Numbered from the stretch's first letter, positions 33,067 to 45,201 are shown. The stretch is DNA of 64,000 nt from Candidatus Binatia bacterium (GCA_963664015.2 CAXXLF010000002.1:480001-544000); one strand, 5' to 3'. Numbers and translations: made by a program. Notes: a model not told the origin generated them from the letters alone.

Positions 33067-34553
33067 AGGCGCTGGGGCATGCTTTTGTCAGTGTTTTCTC
33101 GCCAACACATCTTATGATGCTGGTGGCGGGGGTACTCATCGGCCTTTCTCTTGGGGTCATACCGGGAATCGGGGGAGTCACGGGAATGGCGCTGCTCCTA
33201 CCGTTCACCTTCGACATGGATCCGGTATCGTCTTTCTCCTTCCTTATCGGAATGCTCGCGGTAACGACAACGTCGGATACCATTCCCTCGGTTCTGTTTG
33301 CGGTTCCCGGGACAGTCGGATCTCAAGCCACGATAATCGACGGGCATGCTATGGCCAAGCGTGGTGAGGCCGGCCGTGCGTTAGGCGCCGCTTTCACCGT
33401 GTCCGCCCTGGGCGGTCTGTTCGGGGCCATTGTCCTCACTCTATTTATCCCTATTTTGAGATATCTCGTCCTGATCCTCGGAGCGCCCGAGTTCTTCATG
33501 ATGGCCGTCCTCGGGGTATCCATGGTGGCCACGCTGAGCGGGTCGGCCCCGATCAAGGGTATCATTGCCGGCGGTTTCGGGTTTCTCCTTGCGATGGTGG
33601 GAAGCGACCCGATCCTGGGCGTGGACCGATGGACCTTTGATCAGGTCTATCTGTGGGACGGCATCAACGTGGTGCCGTTGTCCCTGGGGCTTTTTGGCCT
33701 GACCGAGATGGCCGATCTCCTGGTGCGTGGAACGAGCATCGCAGACAAATCGGCGAGCTCTTTAAACGGCCAATGGGAAGGCGTGCGCGACGCCTTTCGC
33801 CACAAGTGGCTGGTCCTGCGGTCCAGCGCTCTGGGGGTGTTCATAGGGATCATTCCGGGTCTCGGCAGCCTCGTTGTCGACTGGTTTGCCTATGGACACG
33901 CCCTGCACACGGAAAAAAATACCGAGAAGTTTGGTCAGGGAGATGTCAGGGGTGTCATTGCACCGGAGAGCGCTAACAATGCCAAGGAAGGGGGCGGACT
34001 CATTCCAACCCTTGCCTTCGGCATTCCCGGGAGCACTACCATGGCCCTCTTTCTCGGAGCCATGATCATCCAGGGCCTGTCTCCGGGTCCCGATATGCTC
34101 ACCAAACATCTGGACGTAACCTTTACCATTGCCTGGAGTCTGGCCATAGCCAACGTCCTCGGTACGGGAACCTGCTTTCTACTGGCCGATCGACTGGCCA
34201 AGATCGCCACCATGCGGGCGGGCATCCTGTCCCCTGTTCTCGTGGTCATTATGTTCCTGGGGGCCTTCATGGCCAACCGGCACCGAGGTGATCTTCTGGT
34301 CCTGCTCGTATTCGGTATTGTGGGCTGGAGTATGAAGCGCTTCGGATGGCCCCGGCCGCCCATGCTCATCGGATTCGTTCTTGGCCGGGTTGTTGAAAAA
34401 TACCTCTACATCTCGATTCTGACCTATGGCATGTCCTGGCTGATTCGACCGGGAGTATTGATTTTAATCTTTCTCACGGTGGCGGCCATCGTAGTCCCCG
34501 TCATGAGAAACCGCCGCGCCCGTCGTTCAACTCAGAGAGGTGTGAGCACTTGA
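33060..34553 (+). CDS. tctA: Tripartite tricarboxylate transporter large permease
   Basis: G.IPG.G, DGHAMAKRGEAGRAL, GVIAPESANNA, FGIPG, PP..IGFVLG. Confidence 0.93.
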   Translation: MLEALGHAFVSVFSPTHLMMLVAGVLIGLSLGVIPGIGGVTGMALLLPFTFDMDPVSSFSFLIGMLAVTTTSDTIPSVLFAVPGTVGSQATIIDGHAMAKRGEAGRALGAAFTVSALGGLFGAIVLTLFIPILRYLVLILGAPEFFMMAVLGVSMVATLSGSAPIKGIIAGGFGFLLAMVGSDPILGVDRWTFDQVYLWDGINVVPLSLGLFGLTEMADLLVRGTSIADKSASSLNGQWEGVRDAFRHKWLVLRSSALGVFIGIIPGLGSLVVDWFAYGHALHTEKNTEKFGQGDVRGVIAPESANNAKEGGGLIPTLAFGIPGSTTMALFLGAMIIQGLSPGPDMLTKHLDVTFTIAWSLAIANVLGTGTCFLLADRLAKIATMRAGILSPVLVVIMFLGAFMANRHRGDLLVLLVFGIVGWSMKRFGWPRPPMLIGFVLGRVVEKYLYISILTYGMSWLIRPGVLILIFLTVAAIVVPVMRNRRARRSTQRGVST

Positions 34554-35062
34554 AAAACCAAATCTCAAATCTGCTTTTCGATCTATTGGTCGTTGGGCTG
34601 CTGGGAGGCGCCGTTGTCTGGGCAACACGGTGGCCTTTCGAAACCGCCCTGTTCCCCCTCGCTATCGGGGTACCGGTTTTGGTCCTGGCGCTATTTCAGT
34701 TGGGAAAAGACGCTCTCGCCTTGAGCCTAGGGCAATCACAGGAGGGAAGCTTGGTTCAGGAAAGCATCCCTGATGTTCCGACGGACCGCTCGATACCATT
34801 TCACCTGGTCGCCAAGCGTGCGGGAGGCTTCTACGGTTCGGCCATCGGCCTATACCTCCTGGTGTTGATCGTAGGATTCCACGCTGCCGCAGTATTTTTT
34901 CTCGTCGGATTCCTGAGGTTTTACGGTCAAGCGAGTTGGAGTCTCGTCCTCTTGCTGACCGCCGGCGTCCTCCTTCTGATGGTCGGGCTCTTCGACCAGC
35001 TTCTACACGTTCCCTGGCCTGAACCTCTGATCCGGTCCCTGTTCGAACGGACAACCGGTTAG
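34550..35062 (+). CDS. tctB: TTT small permease
   Basis: Multi-TM, FP..IG, LF..LL.VPWP; overlaps tctA stop. Confidence 0.8.
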   Translation: MKNQISNLLFDLLVVGLLGGAVVWATRWPFETALFPLAIGVPVLVLALFQLGKDALALSLGQSQEGSLVQESIPDVPTDRSIPFHLVAKRAGGFYGSAIGLYLLVLIVGFHAAAVFFLVGFLRFYGQASWSLVLLLTAGVLLLMVGLFDQLLHVPWPEPLIRSLFERTTG

Positions 35063-35074
35063 GGAACAACCGGC

Positions 35075-36097
35075 CTAATTTAACACGCCTACGTATTTTC
35101 TCTCGATGATCTGTTTGAGGTCTTTTACCTCTTTGTCTTTGAGCGTGGTGAAAACCTCTGCCTGTTTGCGAAGTGTTTCAGGAGGATCCCAACCTATTTT
35201 CAGATTCATACGCTCGGCTTCCTTAAGCGCCTCCTTGTCCTTGGTAAGATTGAGCAGTGCTTGTTGAAGAAACCGCCTCTTCTTCGGATCGATTTTTGGC
35301 GTGGAGAGAGTGGCCCGCATCAAGCCCGAGAACGAGATCAAGTAATCGACCCACGGTTGCCTGGCGTTGAGTTTCTTCAAGGAAGGCGCTTCCCGCATTC
35401 TCGAGTCCGGTTTGATCACCGCCAGGACCTTTACCACGTCCTTGAACTTGAGGGCGCCCGTAATGCTCCCCGCAGTGGCGTCCAGCTCCCCGCGCAGGAT
35501 TGCTGCGATACGCCCAGAGAACCCTCCGTATCCCGGTACAATCGTGATATTGGACAGTCCCAGCGCTTCGGCAAACAGCCCCTCGTAAAAGGGCGATGAG
35601 GCACCTACGCGGATTTTACCCATCTTGCGAAGCTTATCGAGATCAGTCGGCAGATCCTTTCTGATAAGGATGGCGGTGTCCGGCGCCATTGTGCGTCCGA
35701 GATAAGTGAAGTTGTTAAAATTATACCGAACGCCTTTGCGCTTGAAGAGATCGAAGGCAACTATCTTGGTATGGGCCGTAAGGAGCGTCAAACCATCAGC
35801 CCGGCTCTTATACAGCTTGTTGTAACCGATAACTCCACCGCCGCCGGGTATATTCTGCACGATGGTCTTGGCCCCGGTATGCTTGGGTAAATACCGAGCC
35901 ATCCAGCGAGCGTGAATATCGAATGATCCCCCGGGCGCGTACTGCACCAGGATGCGCATTCGCTTTCCCTGGTAGAACTCCCCTCCTGCCGCCTCGGCGG
36001 TTGCCGTAGTGAAGGATAACTCTTGTAGAGAAAATGAAACAGGAGCAGAAACAATAAAAAGGAACAGAATGGATACGAACAGCAAAGATCTTTTCAT
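35075..36097 (-). CDS. tctC: TTT substrate-binding protein (TctC/Bug)
   Basis: YAPGGSFD..AR, QNIPGGGG, DGLTL, GY.G..A.LRGELD. Confidence 0.85.
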   Translation of the reverse strand: MKRSLLFVSILFLFIVSAPVSFSLQELSFTTATAEAAGGEFYQGKRMRILVQYAPGGSFDIHARWMARYLPKHTGAKTIVQNIPGGGGVIGYNKLYKSRADGLTLLTAHTKIVAFDLFKRKGVRYNFNNFTYLGRTMAPDTAILIRKDLPTDLDKLRKMGKIRVGASSPFYEGLFAEALGLSNITIVPGYGGFSGRIAAILRGELDATAGSITGALKFKDVVKVLAVIKPDSRMREAPSLKKLNARQPWVDYLISFSGLMRATLSTPKIDPKKRRFLQQALLNLTKDKEALKEAERMNLKIGWDPPETLRKQAEVFTTLKDKEVKDLKQIIERKYVGVLN

Positions 36098-36265
36098 AAC
36101 AGATCCTCCGACAAATAAGTTAGCTACTCTTATCCCTGATACAGCAATAAAATCAAGCCGGTCGACCAGAAAAAACCGGTATTAAATCAGGTCGAAGAAT
36201 TCAAGCCCTTCAAGTTGTTCCAATCGTAATTTCATTTATAACTTTTGGACCTGAGTGGGTAGTCA

Positions 36266-38240
36266 CTACTTTGCCCCCTGGCTGATCAGGCGCTGAGAGT
36301 TCTCCGTCGCAACCTTGCGAGCCACCTTGGGTTTCAAGGCAACTAGGGCTGTCCTAATGATGCGAATGCGGCGGTTATAATCCTCCAGTTGACTGGGGCC
36401 CGCCCCATTATTAACGGCAACCAAGAAACGCTCATGGAATTCTCCGATAATTTTACCCCAGGGGGTAAGAAATCGGTGATTTTCATCAATCAATGGGGCG
36501 GAAAACTCATTCTGCGCCTGCTTTTGGATCCAGGCCAGGTCGCACCGGAGATTCGGGAGTTGCCGGACTAATATACGGATCTCTTGCGGGGAGGAGAACC
36601 CGCACCAATGGGCCCAGATGACGGTCGCCTTTGGCTCACGGGTCAGATTATCGACCAGCTCTTTGAATTCATGCGTTCGGCTCCAGTGTTCCCCCTCTTT
36701 TTCATACGGATTGTGATGGATGGTTATCGGCAAGCCCATCTCTACGGACAGACCCAACAGTTCCTGTAAAACTTTCGTGTCCGGCGGTACATGAAGCCGG
36801 CCGCCAAGCTGCCCACGGATTGAAACCTCACCGAGCCATCCGAATCTGCCCGCGCGTGCTTTCTGTGTTACCTCCCGTAGAAAAGGATGCGTGAGCTGCC
36901 GCCAGCCCTTATTTTGGAAGCCGACGCCGGTGATGACCCGATTCGGATAACGTCCTTGAAAATCCTGGGTATTATCATCGGTCCAGCCACCGCGCGCTTT
37001 TACAAAGATAACCACCTTGTCAATGTTATTCCGGTGCATCGCTTTCACGAGGCCGTCGGGATTGGCCCTTTCCCCAGCGAGGTGGCGGTGACTGTCTGAG
37101 ATAACTCCTTTGTATTTATTAAGCACTTTACGCCGAGGTGAAGTACCAGCAACCTGCTGTTTTTCTTGCCTCCTGTTTACGGTCTGCCAGGTTCGTCCGG
37201 TAATGAGCTGCCAGGCATTGCGATACCCAATGTTGTGCTTGGCCTCATCCGGCAGATTCCTCAGGATCAAACCAACATTGCCGACTTTGTCGGGTTAATG
37301 TTCCGGCAAAGACCTTCGGCCGCCACCGTAATCGGTACCCACGACGAATCGGCCGATAAACTCGGCCAGGATCGCCTTGTATTCCGGCTTCAGCACGTCC
37401 TTCTGACTACCGAGGGAACCGTCCTGCCAGATCACTGTGTCCAACACGTTGCCCTCGCACCGGTACCGGCGACCGGGAGGACCGGTGGAAAGGTCGTAGT
37501 ATAGTTGCCGTAGGTCGCGAACAGCCGGCGAATCAGTTTGGGGCCGTAACGCCTTTGTTTTTCCGGATGACGAATCTGGCCGAAATATGCGATAATCACC
37601 TTTGCCTTTGAATACGCTTTCAGCATGAATTCCAATGCGTCAAGAGCATGATCTTCCGGCTCATGGTGGATGACAAGGAGGAGGCCGGTATTGGACGACA
37701 AGCGGAAGAGCCGGTGACCGTTGGCACCCTCGAGGGGAATGTTTGAGTCACGATCGGTTCGTCCCCTCTTGCACTGACGGTTGGACATGCAGTGACGAAA
37801 ATCAAATTCGCCCATGATCGCATAGGTGCCGCTACGGACATGCTTTTCGACCTGCTTGATGAAGCTACCCTTTTCCTCAAGCCAGTTCTTGCTTGTCCCT
37901 CGTTGGTCATCGGGATGAAGCGGTCAGGGTAGGCATTGACGACCTCGTTGGTGTAAGTACTCCAGCGGTAACCGCTCTGTTCCTCGCTCCGCCTCGGCGC
38001 CTGCTTTCCATCAAAGGCGATCAGAGACACCCCCAGCTCATCCATGACCGGGAGGGCGTTTTCGAGGTGACGTTCCCCATCTGGGCGTTTTAGGCTCGCC
38101 TGGAGGTCGATTTACGGGACAACGCCTTTATCGAGAAAGGACTGCACCCGGGCACTCGACTTCGCTTCAAGCTCTAGCGTGTGTAATTGATTTTGACCGG
38201 CTCCTGGGAACGAACCATTCCCGGTGAGCACGTGAGCGTA
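36266..38240 (-). pseudogene. Amidohydrolase-superfamily protein with two TIM-barrel units, multiply frameshifted
   Basis: DSHRH, GEV..R, LPITIHH, IWAHW.G motifs; upstream fragments GEFDFRH, IHHEPED in different frames. Confidence 0.6.
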
Positions 38241-38351
38241 ACGGAGAGTGAAAGGAAGCAATAGATTGGAAGGTATGGTTCCAAATTACGACGTCGGAAT
38301 GGAATATACTACCTCTTAATACTAGGATACGTCCGAATTTCTATAAGGCTA

Positions 38352-38939
38352 TCATCGCATGACCAGAGTCGCGGTCTCGCCTTTTTGGCCGTAGAAGTGG
38401 CGATGGACGCGGTCGAGCTTCTGAGCCTCGAGACGAATAATCTTGCTCCCCTCGTTCCCCGCGGTGCCCGTCATGTGGATCTCACCCGGTAGAAAAAACG
38501 CAGCCTGCCCCGTCGTCTGGGTAAAGCGGTCATAGATTTCCAACTTGGGCTTCATACGATCTCCGTTCTCGGGACAGGCCCAGCGAAACTTCAGCTGCTG
38601 TGTGGCACCCTTGTATACGCCGTAGACAACCCAGGAAGCTCCGTGATCATGGGGATAGCGCTCGCGCGAGCCACCTCCCCCCGTGGGGTCGGCAATCGTG
38701 GTCATCAAGCAGAAGCCCGGGTCCGGATGGCCGCGCTCTCCGTCCACATGCAGATCGATTCGGCCCGTACGCCCGTCGGCGCGCCGCTTGATTTCGTCCT
38801 CCAGGTCGGGAACAACCAGAAGGGTCTCCATATGCTTGGCTATGGCCCCAGCCTGTGCACGCGGATCCGTGTTTTCTGCGAAGACCTGCTGCGCCTCATG
38901 GATAAACCGATCGATACAATTATCGTTTGAATCTGCCAT
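38352..38939 (-). CDS. Cupin / cysteine-dioxygenase-like protein
   Basis: PHDHGASWVVYGVY.G..PGEIH; AGGAGG RBS. Confidence 0.75.
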   Translation of the reverse strand: MADSNDNCIDRFIHEAQQVFAENTDPRAQAGAIAKHMETLLVVPDLEDEIKRRADGRTGRIDLHVDGERGHPDPGFCLMTTIADPTGGGGSRERYPHDHGASWVVYGVYKGATQQLKFRWACPENGDRMKPKLEIYDRFTQTTGQAAFFLPGEIHMTGTAGNEGSKIIRLEAQKLDRVHRHFYGQKGETATLVMR

Positions 38940-39176
38940 GGCACTACCTCCTATCAAGATTACGCCAATTCAAAATTGATTGATCAGATAGAAATGTTAA
39001 ACTATTTCAAATTTGACCCCTTTGCAACGGTTCAAGCAGATCAAACGTCTTAAACAACCTGGATCCATTGGCCTGCCATACGGAGGCCCGGGGATCAGGG
39101 CCCGGTTTCCCCTAACAAATTGCTAAAAAGCCCGGGCAGCAGCCTGCTAGTGAAATCCGGAGATTATGCTAAGCTC

Positions 39177-39347
39177 ATGAAGCCTTAACGGCTTACGCCC
39201 GTGTTATCTATCATTTCTTCGGCGGAAACCGCCGAAGCGCCCTCCTTCACTCCTTGAGCTTCGGCCGTTGCCGACGAAGGTCGGAGGGTCCGACCGGCGC
39301 ATTCATCCATGGGCTTACGCCTATCGACTTCTGCGAAGGCGGATAAA
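39177..39347 (-). mobile_element. IS200/IS605-like palindromic element, copy C
   Basis: ATGAAGCC..GGCTTACGCCCGTG..TTCGGCGGAAACCGCCGAAGC..CATGGGCTTACGCCTAT..GCGAAGGCGGATAAA. Confidence 0.7.
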
Positions 39348-39370
39348 CATCATCAACGTAAGAGACAGCG

Positions 39371-42300
39371 ATGAAAGACCCCGTAAAACAAATCCAAGAT
39401 CTTATCTCCAAGAGGATCCTACTCTTCGACGGCGCCATGGGGACCATGATCCAGGCCCTCAAATTCGAGGAGAAGGACTTTCGCGGCGAGCCGTTCGCCA
39501 AGCACGATTGGCCCCTCAAGGGATGCAACGATCTGCTCTCGGTAACCCAAGCCAAGGCTATCGAAAAGATTCACAAGGCCTACCTCGATGCGGGTGCCGA
39601 CATAATTTCAACCAACACCTTCAACTCCAATGCCATCTCGCTAGCGGACTACGGACTGGAAAAAGAGGTCTACAACATCAACCTGGAGGCGGCCCAGATC
39701 GCCCGCCTCACCGTTAAAGAAACCGTCAATAAGGATCCGGGGCGTCCCCGTTTCGTTGCCGGTGCTATAGGCCCGACGAACAGGACCGCGTCCCTCTCAC
39801 CGGACGTCAACAACCCTGCCTACCGGGCCGTAAACTTCGACGATCTGGTTCAGGTCTATTCGGAACAGGTCCGGGGCCTGCTCGATGGGGGGGTGGACAT
39901 CCTGATTGCAGAGACCACCTTCGACACACTGAATTTAAAGGCCTGCCTGTTCGCTATCGAAAGCCTGCTGAGGGAACGAAGCATCCGGATTCCGGTCTTT
40001 GCCTCTATGACCATCACGGACCGAAGCGGCCGCACCCTTTCGGGGCAAACCCTCGAGGCTTTTCTTACTTCCATATCCCAAGCAGACCTGACGGCCGTTG
40101 GAATCAACTGTGCCTTGGGACCCAATTTGATGGGGCCCCACGTGGAGGAACTCGCGCGTCTTGCTCCCATTCCCGTCTTCGCTTACCCCAACGCCGGCTT
40201 ACCCAACGAGTTCGGCGGTTACGACCTGGCCCCCAAGGATATGGCCAGCTCACTGTCCGAGTGGATCAAAGAGGGATGGGTTAACATACTGGGTGGATGC
40301 TGCGGAACGACACCGGAGCACATTGCGGCGATCGCCGCCGTTGCCAAGGGTGCCACCCCCCGCATACCACCGGAGCCCGATGGTTTTACCCACCTGAGCG
40401 GACTGGAGGTGCTAACTATCCGTCCCGAATCCAACTTCATCATGATCGGTGAGCGCACCAATGTCGCAGGGTCGCGCCGGTTCGCCCGGTTGATACGGGA
40501 GGAGCAATACGAAGAGGCCCTGACCGTTGCGCGAACTCAGGTCGAGGACGGAGCCAATATTATCGACATCAACATGGACGAGGGGATGTTAGACTCGGTC
40601 AAGGCCATGGGCGAGTTTCTCAACTACATTGCTGCCGAGCCCGAAATCTCCCGTGTCCCCATCATGATCGATAGTTCCAACTTCGAGGTTATCGAAGCTG
40701 GGCTCAAGTGTGTCCAGGGGAAGGCAGTCGTCAATTCCATCTCTCTCAAGGAGGGAGAGGAGGAATTCAGACGGCAAGCCCGCCTCGTCAAGCAGTACGG
40801 GGCAGCGGTGGTCGTCATGGCCTTCGACGAGAAAAAACAGGCGACTAGCGTCGAAGAGCGGGTCCAAGTGGTCAAACGTTGCCACCGGATCCTAACCGAG
40901 GAGATAGGCTTTGACGAAAGCGACGTCATTTTCGATACGAACATCCTCGTTGTGGCTACGGGAATTGAAGAGCACAATGACTACGCCGTGAGTTTCATCG
41001 AGGCGGCGCGCCAGATCAAGGCGCTCTTTCCCCGCTGTCACATCTCCGGAGGCGTGAGCAATCTCTCCTTTTCCTTTCGCGGTAACGACACCATCCGTGA
41101 GGCCATGCACTCGGCCTTTCTCTACCACGCGATCCAGGCCGGCATGGACATGGGCATCGTGAACGCTAGCCAGCTCATTGTGTACGAAGATATCCCCGAG
41201 GACCTTCTTAGGGTAGTAGAAGATGTTATTTTCAACCGCCACCCGGACACTACCGAGCGCCTGTTGGAATTTGCCGAGACGGTCAAGGGCGTCAAAAAAG
41301 AAGTCGAAGAAGAATCGATGCGAGAGCTAGAAGACGTCGATCACCGCCTCTCCCACGCCATCATCAAGGGCATCACCACTTACATCGAGCCCGACCTTGA
41401 AGAGGCACTCCAAAAATACGAGCGGCCGCTTCAGATCATCGAAGGCCCCATGATGGACGGGATGAACGTAGTGGGAGACCTCTTTGGGGAGGGAAAGATG
41501 TTTCTCCCCCAGGTGGTAAAAAGCGCACGTGTGATGAAAAAAGCGGTCGCCTATCTGACCCCCCTTATAGAGGCCGAAAAGAAAACGGGACAGGGCACCC
41601 GTACACGAAAGAAACTGGTTATGGCCACGGTCAAGGGCGACGTCCATGATATCGGCAAGAACATCGTCGGTGTAGTGCTCGGCTGCAACAACTATGAAGT
41701 TGTCGATCTGGGCGTGATGGTCCCATCGGACAAGATTATTCAAACGGCCATCGACGAAAAGGCCGACATTGTCGGGCTGAGCGGGTTGATTACACCTTCC
41801 CTGGATGAGATGGTCCACGTGGCTCGAGAGATGGAACGCCACGGCATGAAGGTCCCGCTTCTTATCGGCGGTGCAACAACAAGCAAACGTCACACGGCGG
41901 TCAAGATTGCTCCCGGCTATGGGCACGAGGTTATCCACGTTATCGACGCATCGCGGGCCGTACCCGTCGTGGGAAATCTCATAAAACCCGACACGCGCAA
42001 GGCACTTGATGCGAAAAATCGTGCGGAACAACGGGTGCTCCTGGAGCAGTTCGAGAAAAAGCAAGCGGCACCGTTGCTAACCTACGAAGAGGCAATCCGG
42101 CGAAAAAAACACATCGAATGGGACGACTCGGACATCTCGGTTCCCCAGTTCACCGGAACAAGGGTGCTCCCGGACCATCCGCTATCGGACCTTGTCCCTT
42201 ATATTGATTGGTCGCCGTTCTTTCACGCCTGGGAGATCCGTGGAAGGTTTCCGGGGCTTCTCGATGATCCGACAAGAGGCCAGGCTGCCCGTGAACTGTT

Positions 42301-43078
42301 CGACAATGCCCAGGAGTTGCTGCAGGAAATCGTTGACAAAAAGCTACTCACCGCGCACGGCGTCTACAGCTTTTACCCCGCCAACAGCAACGGCGACGAC
42401 ATCGTGCTCTATTCAGACATCTCCCGATCAAAAGAACTCAAACGATTCCATACTCTACGGCAGCAAAAGGAAAATCAGCGCAGCTCCTCCCAGCTAGCCC
42501 TGGCCGATTTTGTCGCCCCGCATCAGACGGGACTGGTGGATTACATCGGCGCTTTCGCCGTAACTGCGGGACATGGAACGGATGAGCTCGTCGCGCGTTT
42601 TGAGAAAGACAACGACCCGTACAACTCGATCATGGCCAAGGCCCTAGCGGACCGCCTGGCCGAAGCCTTCGCCGAATACCTTCACCAGAAGGTCCGCTTC
42701 GAATGGGGCTACGGAAAGGATGAGAACTTGAAACACGAGCATCTGATCGCCGAGCAGTACCGGGGCATCCGCCCCGCCCCCGGTTATCCCGCCTGTCCGG
42801 ACCATACTGAGAAATCGACCCTCTTCGAACTGCTTGGAGTGGAAAAGGCGACGGGTATCACCATGACGGAGCATTACGCCATGCTCCCCCATGCCACCAT
42901 CTGCGGCCTCTATTTCGCCCACAAAGAAGTGCGCTACTTTGCCGTGGGCTCTATCGACAGGGACCAGGTCAAATCTTACGCCGCGCGCAAAGGGATGACC
43001 GTTGCCGAAGTGGAGCGATGGCTCTCCCCCAATCTGGGATACGAGCCGAACCCCACAAAGCAAAAAGCTAAGATCTAG
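39371..43078 (+). CDS. metH: Cobalamin-dependent methionine synthase
   Basis: [41 protein letters not shown]; 1235 aa. Confidence 0.98.
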   Translation: MKDPVKQIQDLISKRILLFDGAMGTMIQALKFEEKDFRGEPFAKHDWPLKGCNDLLSVTQAKAIEKIHKAYLDAGADIISTNTFNSNAISLADYGLEKEVYNINLEAAQIARLTVKETVNKDPGRPRFVAGAIGPTNRTASLSPDVNNPAYRAVNFDDLVQVYSEQVRGLLDGGVDILIAETTFDTLNLKACLFAIESLLRERSIRIPVFASMTITDRSGRTLSGQTLEAFLTSISQADLTAVGINCALGPNLMGPHVEELARLAPIPVFAYPNAGLPNEFGGYDLAPKDMASSLSEWIKEGWVNILGGCCGTTPEHIAAIAAVAKGATPRIPPEPDGFTHLSGLEVLTIRPESNFIMIGERTNVAGSRRFARLIREEQYEEALTVARTQVEDGANIIDINMDEGMLDSVKAMGEFLNYIAAEPEISRVPIMIDSSNFEVIEAGLKCVQGKAVVNSISLKEGEEEFRRQARLVKQYGAAVVVMAFDEKKQATSVEERVQVVKRCHRILTEEIGFDESDVIFDTNILVVATGIEEHNDYAVSFIEAARQIKALFPRCHISGGVSNLSFSFRGNDTIREAMHSAFLYHAIQAGMDMGIVNASQLIVYEDIPEDLLRVVEDVIFNRHPDTTERLLEFAETVKGVKKEVEEESMRELEDVDHRLSHAIIKGITTYIEPDLEEALQKYERPLQIIEGPMMDGMNVVGDLFGEGKMFLPQVVKSARVMKKAVAYLTPLIEAEKKTGQGTRTRKKLVMATVKGDVHDIGKNIVGVVLGCNNYEVVDLGVMVPSDKIIQTAIDEKADIVGLSGLITPSLDEMVHVAREMERHGMKVPLLIGGATTSKRHTAVKIAPGYGHEVIHVIDASRAVPVVGNLIKPDTRKALDAKNRAEQRVLLEQFEKKQAAPLLTYEEAIRRKKHIEWDDSDISVPQFTGTRVLPDHPLSDLVPYIDWSPFFHAWEIRGRFPGLLDDPTRGQAARELFDNAQELLQEIVDKKLLTAHGVYSFYPANSNGDDIVLYSDISRSKELKRFHTLRQQKENQRSSSQLALADFVAPHQTGLVDYIGAFAVTAGHGTDELVARFEKDNDPYNSIMAKALADRLAEAFAEYLHQKVRFEWGYGKDENLKHEHLIAEQYRGIRPAPGYPACPDHTEKSTLFELLGVEKATGITMTEHYAMLPHATICGLYFAHKEVRYFAVGSIDRDQVKSYAARKGMTVAEVERWLSPNLGYEPNPTKQKAKI

Positions 43079-43128
43079 TTGGATCAGTTAAAGGGGAAGG
43101 ACCGCTTGATTGCACCGCAAGGCTTTCG

Positions 43129-44001
43129 TCAAGCTGAATCGTTATATTTTCGTTCGCCCGAATCCGGTGAAAGCAGATTCTTTACCGTTTCATTCATAGC
43201 ACCGCGCCGGTAGCCTTCCAGGTCGACGGCCACGAAAGCGAATCCAGCGGCACGAAATTTTCGGTTCACTTCCTGACGTATATCAGGAAGTAGCATGCGA
43301 GGCAGTTCCTCCGCCGCCACCTCGATACGGGCAATAGTATCGTGGTAACGTACCCGGTAAACCCGAAACCCGAGGCCCCTGAGTACCCGCTCGCATTGGG
43401 CTACCTGGGTCAGGCGTGAAGGGGTAATCTGGGTCCCGTAGGGAAACCGGCTCGACAAGCAGGCCAGGGCGGGCTTGTCCCACACGGGGAGATCAATCCT
43501 GCGCGCCGCCTCACGAACATCGGCCTTGGAAAATCCCAGCTCGTCCAGGGGAGAGCGCACACCATGCTCACGGGCGGCCTTTCGACCGGGACGATGGTCG
43601 CCCCGATCGTCCAAATTGAATCCGTCAACGACGTAGGGAAATTCGAGGCACAACGCCTGCTGGATGGCCGTGCTGTAAAGCTCCGTCTTGCAGAAGTAGC
43701 AGCGATTCACTGGATTGGCCGCGTAACGCGGGTCGTCCACTTCACTCGTCTCCACCAGTAAATGGCGTGCGCCAAGCTGCTTGGCCAACTCTTTTGCGTC
43801 GGCCCCCTCTTCCGGTGCGAGGCTTGGCGAGACGGCCGTCAGCCCGACAGCGTTCTGATCCAATACATGGACTGCTTCCGCGAGCAATAAGCTCGAATCC
43901 ACCCCTCCCGAAAAACAGACCACCACACGGCCCATTTCTCGAAGGAGATTTCTCAACCCGGTTATTTTCGTATCTAGATCGGATATCAATGATGCCTCCA
44001 C
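43129..44001 (-). CDS. larE: ATP-dependent sacrificial sulfur transferase LarE family
   Basis: SGGVDS PP-loop, RCYFCK, DHRPG, WDKP..ACLSSRFPYG; exact start uncertain. Confidence 0.92.
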   Translation of the reverse strand: MEASLISDLDTKITGLRNLLREMGRVVVCFSGGVDSSLLLAEAVHVLDQNAVGLTAVSPSLAPEEGADAKELAKQLGARHLLVETSEVDDPRYAANPVNRCYFCKTELYSTAIQQALCLEFPYVVDGFNLDDRGDHRPGRKAAREHGVRSPLDELGFSKADVREAARRIDLPVWDKPALACLSSRFPYGTQITPSRLTQVAQCERVLRGLGFRVYRVRYHDTIARIEVAAEELPRMLLPDIRQEVNRKFRAAGFAFVAVDLEGYRRGAMNETVKNLLSPDSGERKYNDSA

Positions 44002-44038
44002 GAGCTTACGCCCATGGCCCGCTGCGAAAGCGGATCAA
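43989..44038 (-). mobile_element. Collapsed single-hairpin copy D of the palindromic element
   Basis: ATGATGCCTCCACGAGCTTACGCCCATGG..GCGAAAGCGGATCAA: both ends joined through one hairpin. Confidence 0.6.
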
Positions 44039-44295
44039 TCAAAATTAATGGGTTCGCTCTGATTTCCAGATTTGCCATCTTACGTCAAAAAACCACGACG
44101 CCACTAAAAGTTCCCAAACTTTTTGACCAGATTATACTGGATTGGAATTGTAGCCTCTCCATCACCGTATTAAAAAGTTTTTTCTAAGCAAGAAGAGATA
44201 CTTACGGGAAGTTTTTTCAAGTCGATCATTAGTATAGTCACCACGGTCTGTCAATCAAATTATTCGAGAACTCTTCAGGAACAGGGATTTTCAAA

Positions 44296-45090
44296 TTATC
44301 TGCCGATGGGCCAGTGGCGTCCTTTTTTCTTAGTGATCTGAAGCGACACTTTATAGAGCTTTTGCAGAATACCTTGCCTGAGGAGCGCGCTGGTGCTTCC
44401 CGTCTGAAGGACCTTCCCCTCCTTCAGGATCAGCGTTTTTTTGAACATGGGAAGGATCTCTTCGATATGGTGCGTTACATAGATGAGTGACGGGACCTGT
44501 TTCTGTTTTGTCAGTGTTTGCAATGTGTCGAGAAAGTTCTCCCTGGCCCCGGGGTCCATCCCGGCGCATGGTTCGTCGAGAAAGATGAGGAAAGGCTTGG
44601 TCATGCGCGCCCTGGCGATGAGGACCTTTTGCTGCTCCCCTTGAGACAGAGTGCCGAATTCCTGCTCGATCAGGTATGAGCATCCCATTTGCGTCAGATA
44701 CTCTTCCGCCTGGTTGTAATCTTTCTTGATCGGCATTGCCCAGGGCCCCTCAAGGAGTCCGACCTGGGCAAATTTGCCCGAAACCACCGTTCTCACGATC
44801 TTCTCCCGTGGCGGCATGATGGGGGGAAGCACCGAACTCACCCATCCCATACTCTTTCTGAGATCGCGTAGATTGACGCGTTCCTTCCCGTTACGGAAGA
44901 TCTCGCCACCGTCGTTGGGCCAGAGAAAACCGCAGGCCATTCTGAGGAGGGTGGTCTTCCCCGAGCCGTTAGGACCGAGGACAGCCCAGTGCTCACCCTG
45001 CCCAACGGTCCAGTCGATGGCATCGAGAAGGCGTTTTCCATCGACCTTGTAGGATGCGCTTCGGATTTCGAGGGCTGGAGTTTTTTTCAT
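44296..45090 (-). CDS. ABC ATP-binding protein (ModF/YlmA-like), orphan
   Basis: GPNGSGKT, LSQGEQ, LDEPCAG, VTHH. Confidence 0.9.
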   Translation of the reverse strand: MKKTPALEIRSASYKVDGKRLLDAIDWTVGQGEHWAVLGPNGSGKTTLLRMACGFLWPNDGGEIFRNGKERVNLRDLRKSMGWVSSVLPPIMPPREKIVRTVVSGKFAQVGLLEGPWAMPIKKDYNQAEEYLTQMGCSYLIEQEFGTLSQGEQQKVLIARARMTKPFLIFLDEPCAGMDPGARENFLDTLQTLTKQKQVPSLIYVTHHIEEILPMFKKTLILKEGKVLQTGSTSALLRQGILQKLYKVSLQITKKKGRHWPIGR

Positions 45091-45150
45091 TTATCAGACC
45101 AATCAATCTGTCTAGGGGCCAGATTGCATCGTAAGGAGGTAAGAAACCCT

Positions 45151-45190
45151 TTTTCTATTCTTCCGGACTTGGCGTGCTTTGCGTCTTTCC
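45151..45190. repeat. Partial CTTGGCGTGCTTTGCGTCTTT repeat copy
   Basis: Near-identical to 17121-17160. Confidence 0.6.
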
Positions 45191-45201
45191 CCCGAATTCC
45201 G

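Noticed and set aside
39085-39136. SAM-II-like riboswitch upstream of metH (ACAAATTGCTAAAAAG)
   Set aside because: Only the 3' motif resembles it; the UGAUUU/UUGC core is absent and it is about 240 nt from the start; needs cmscan
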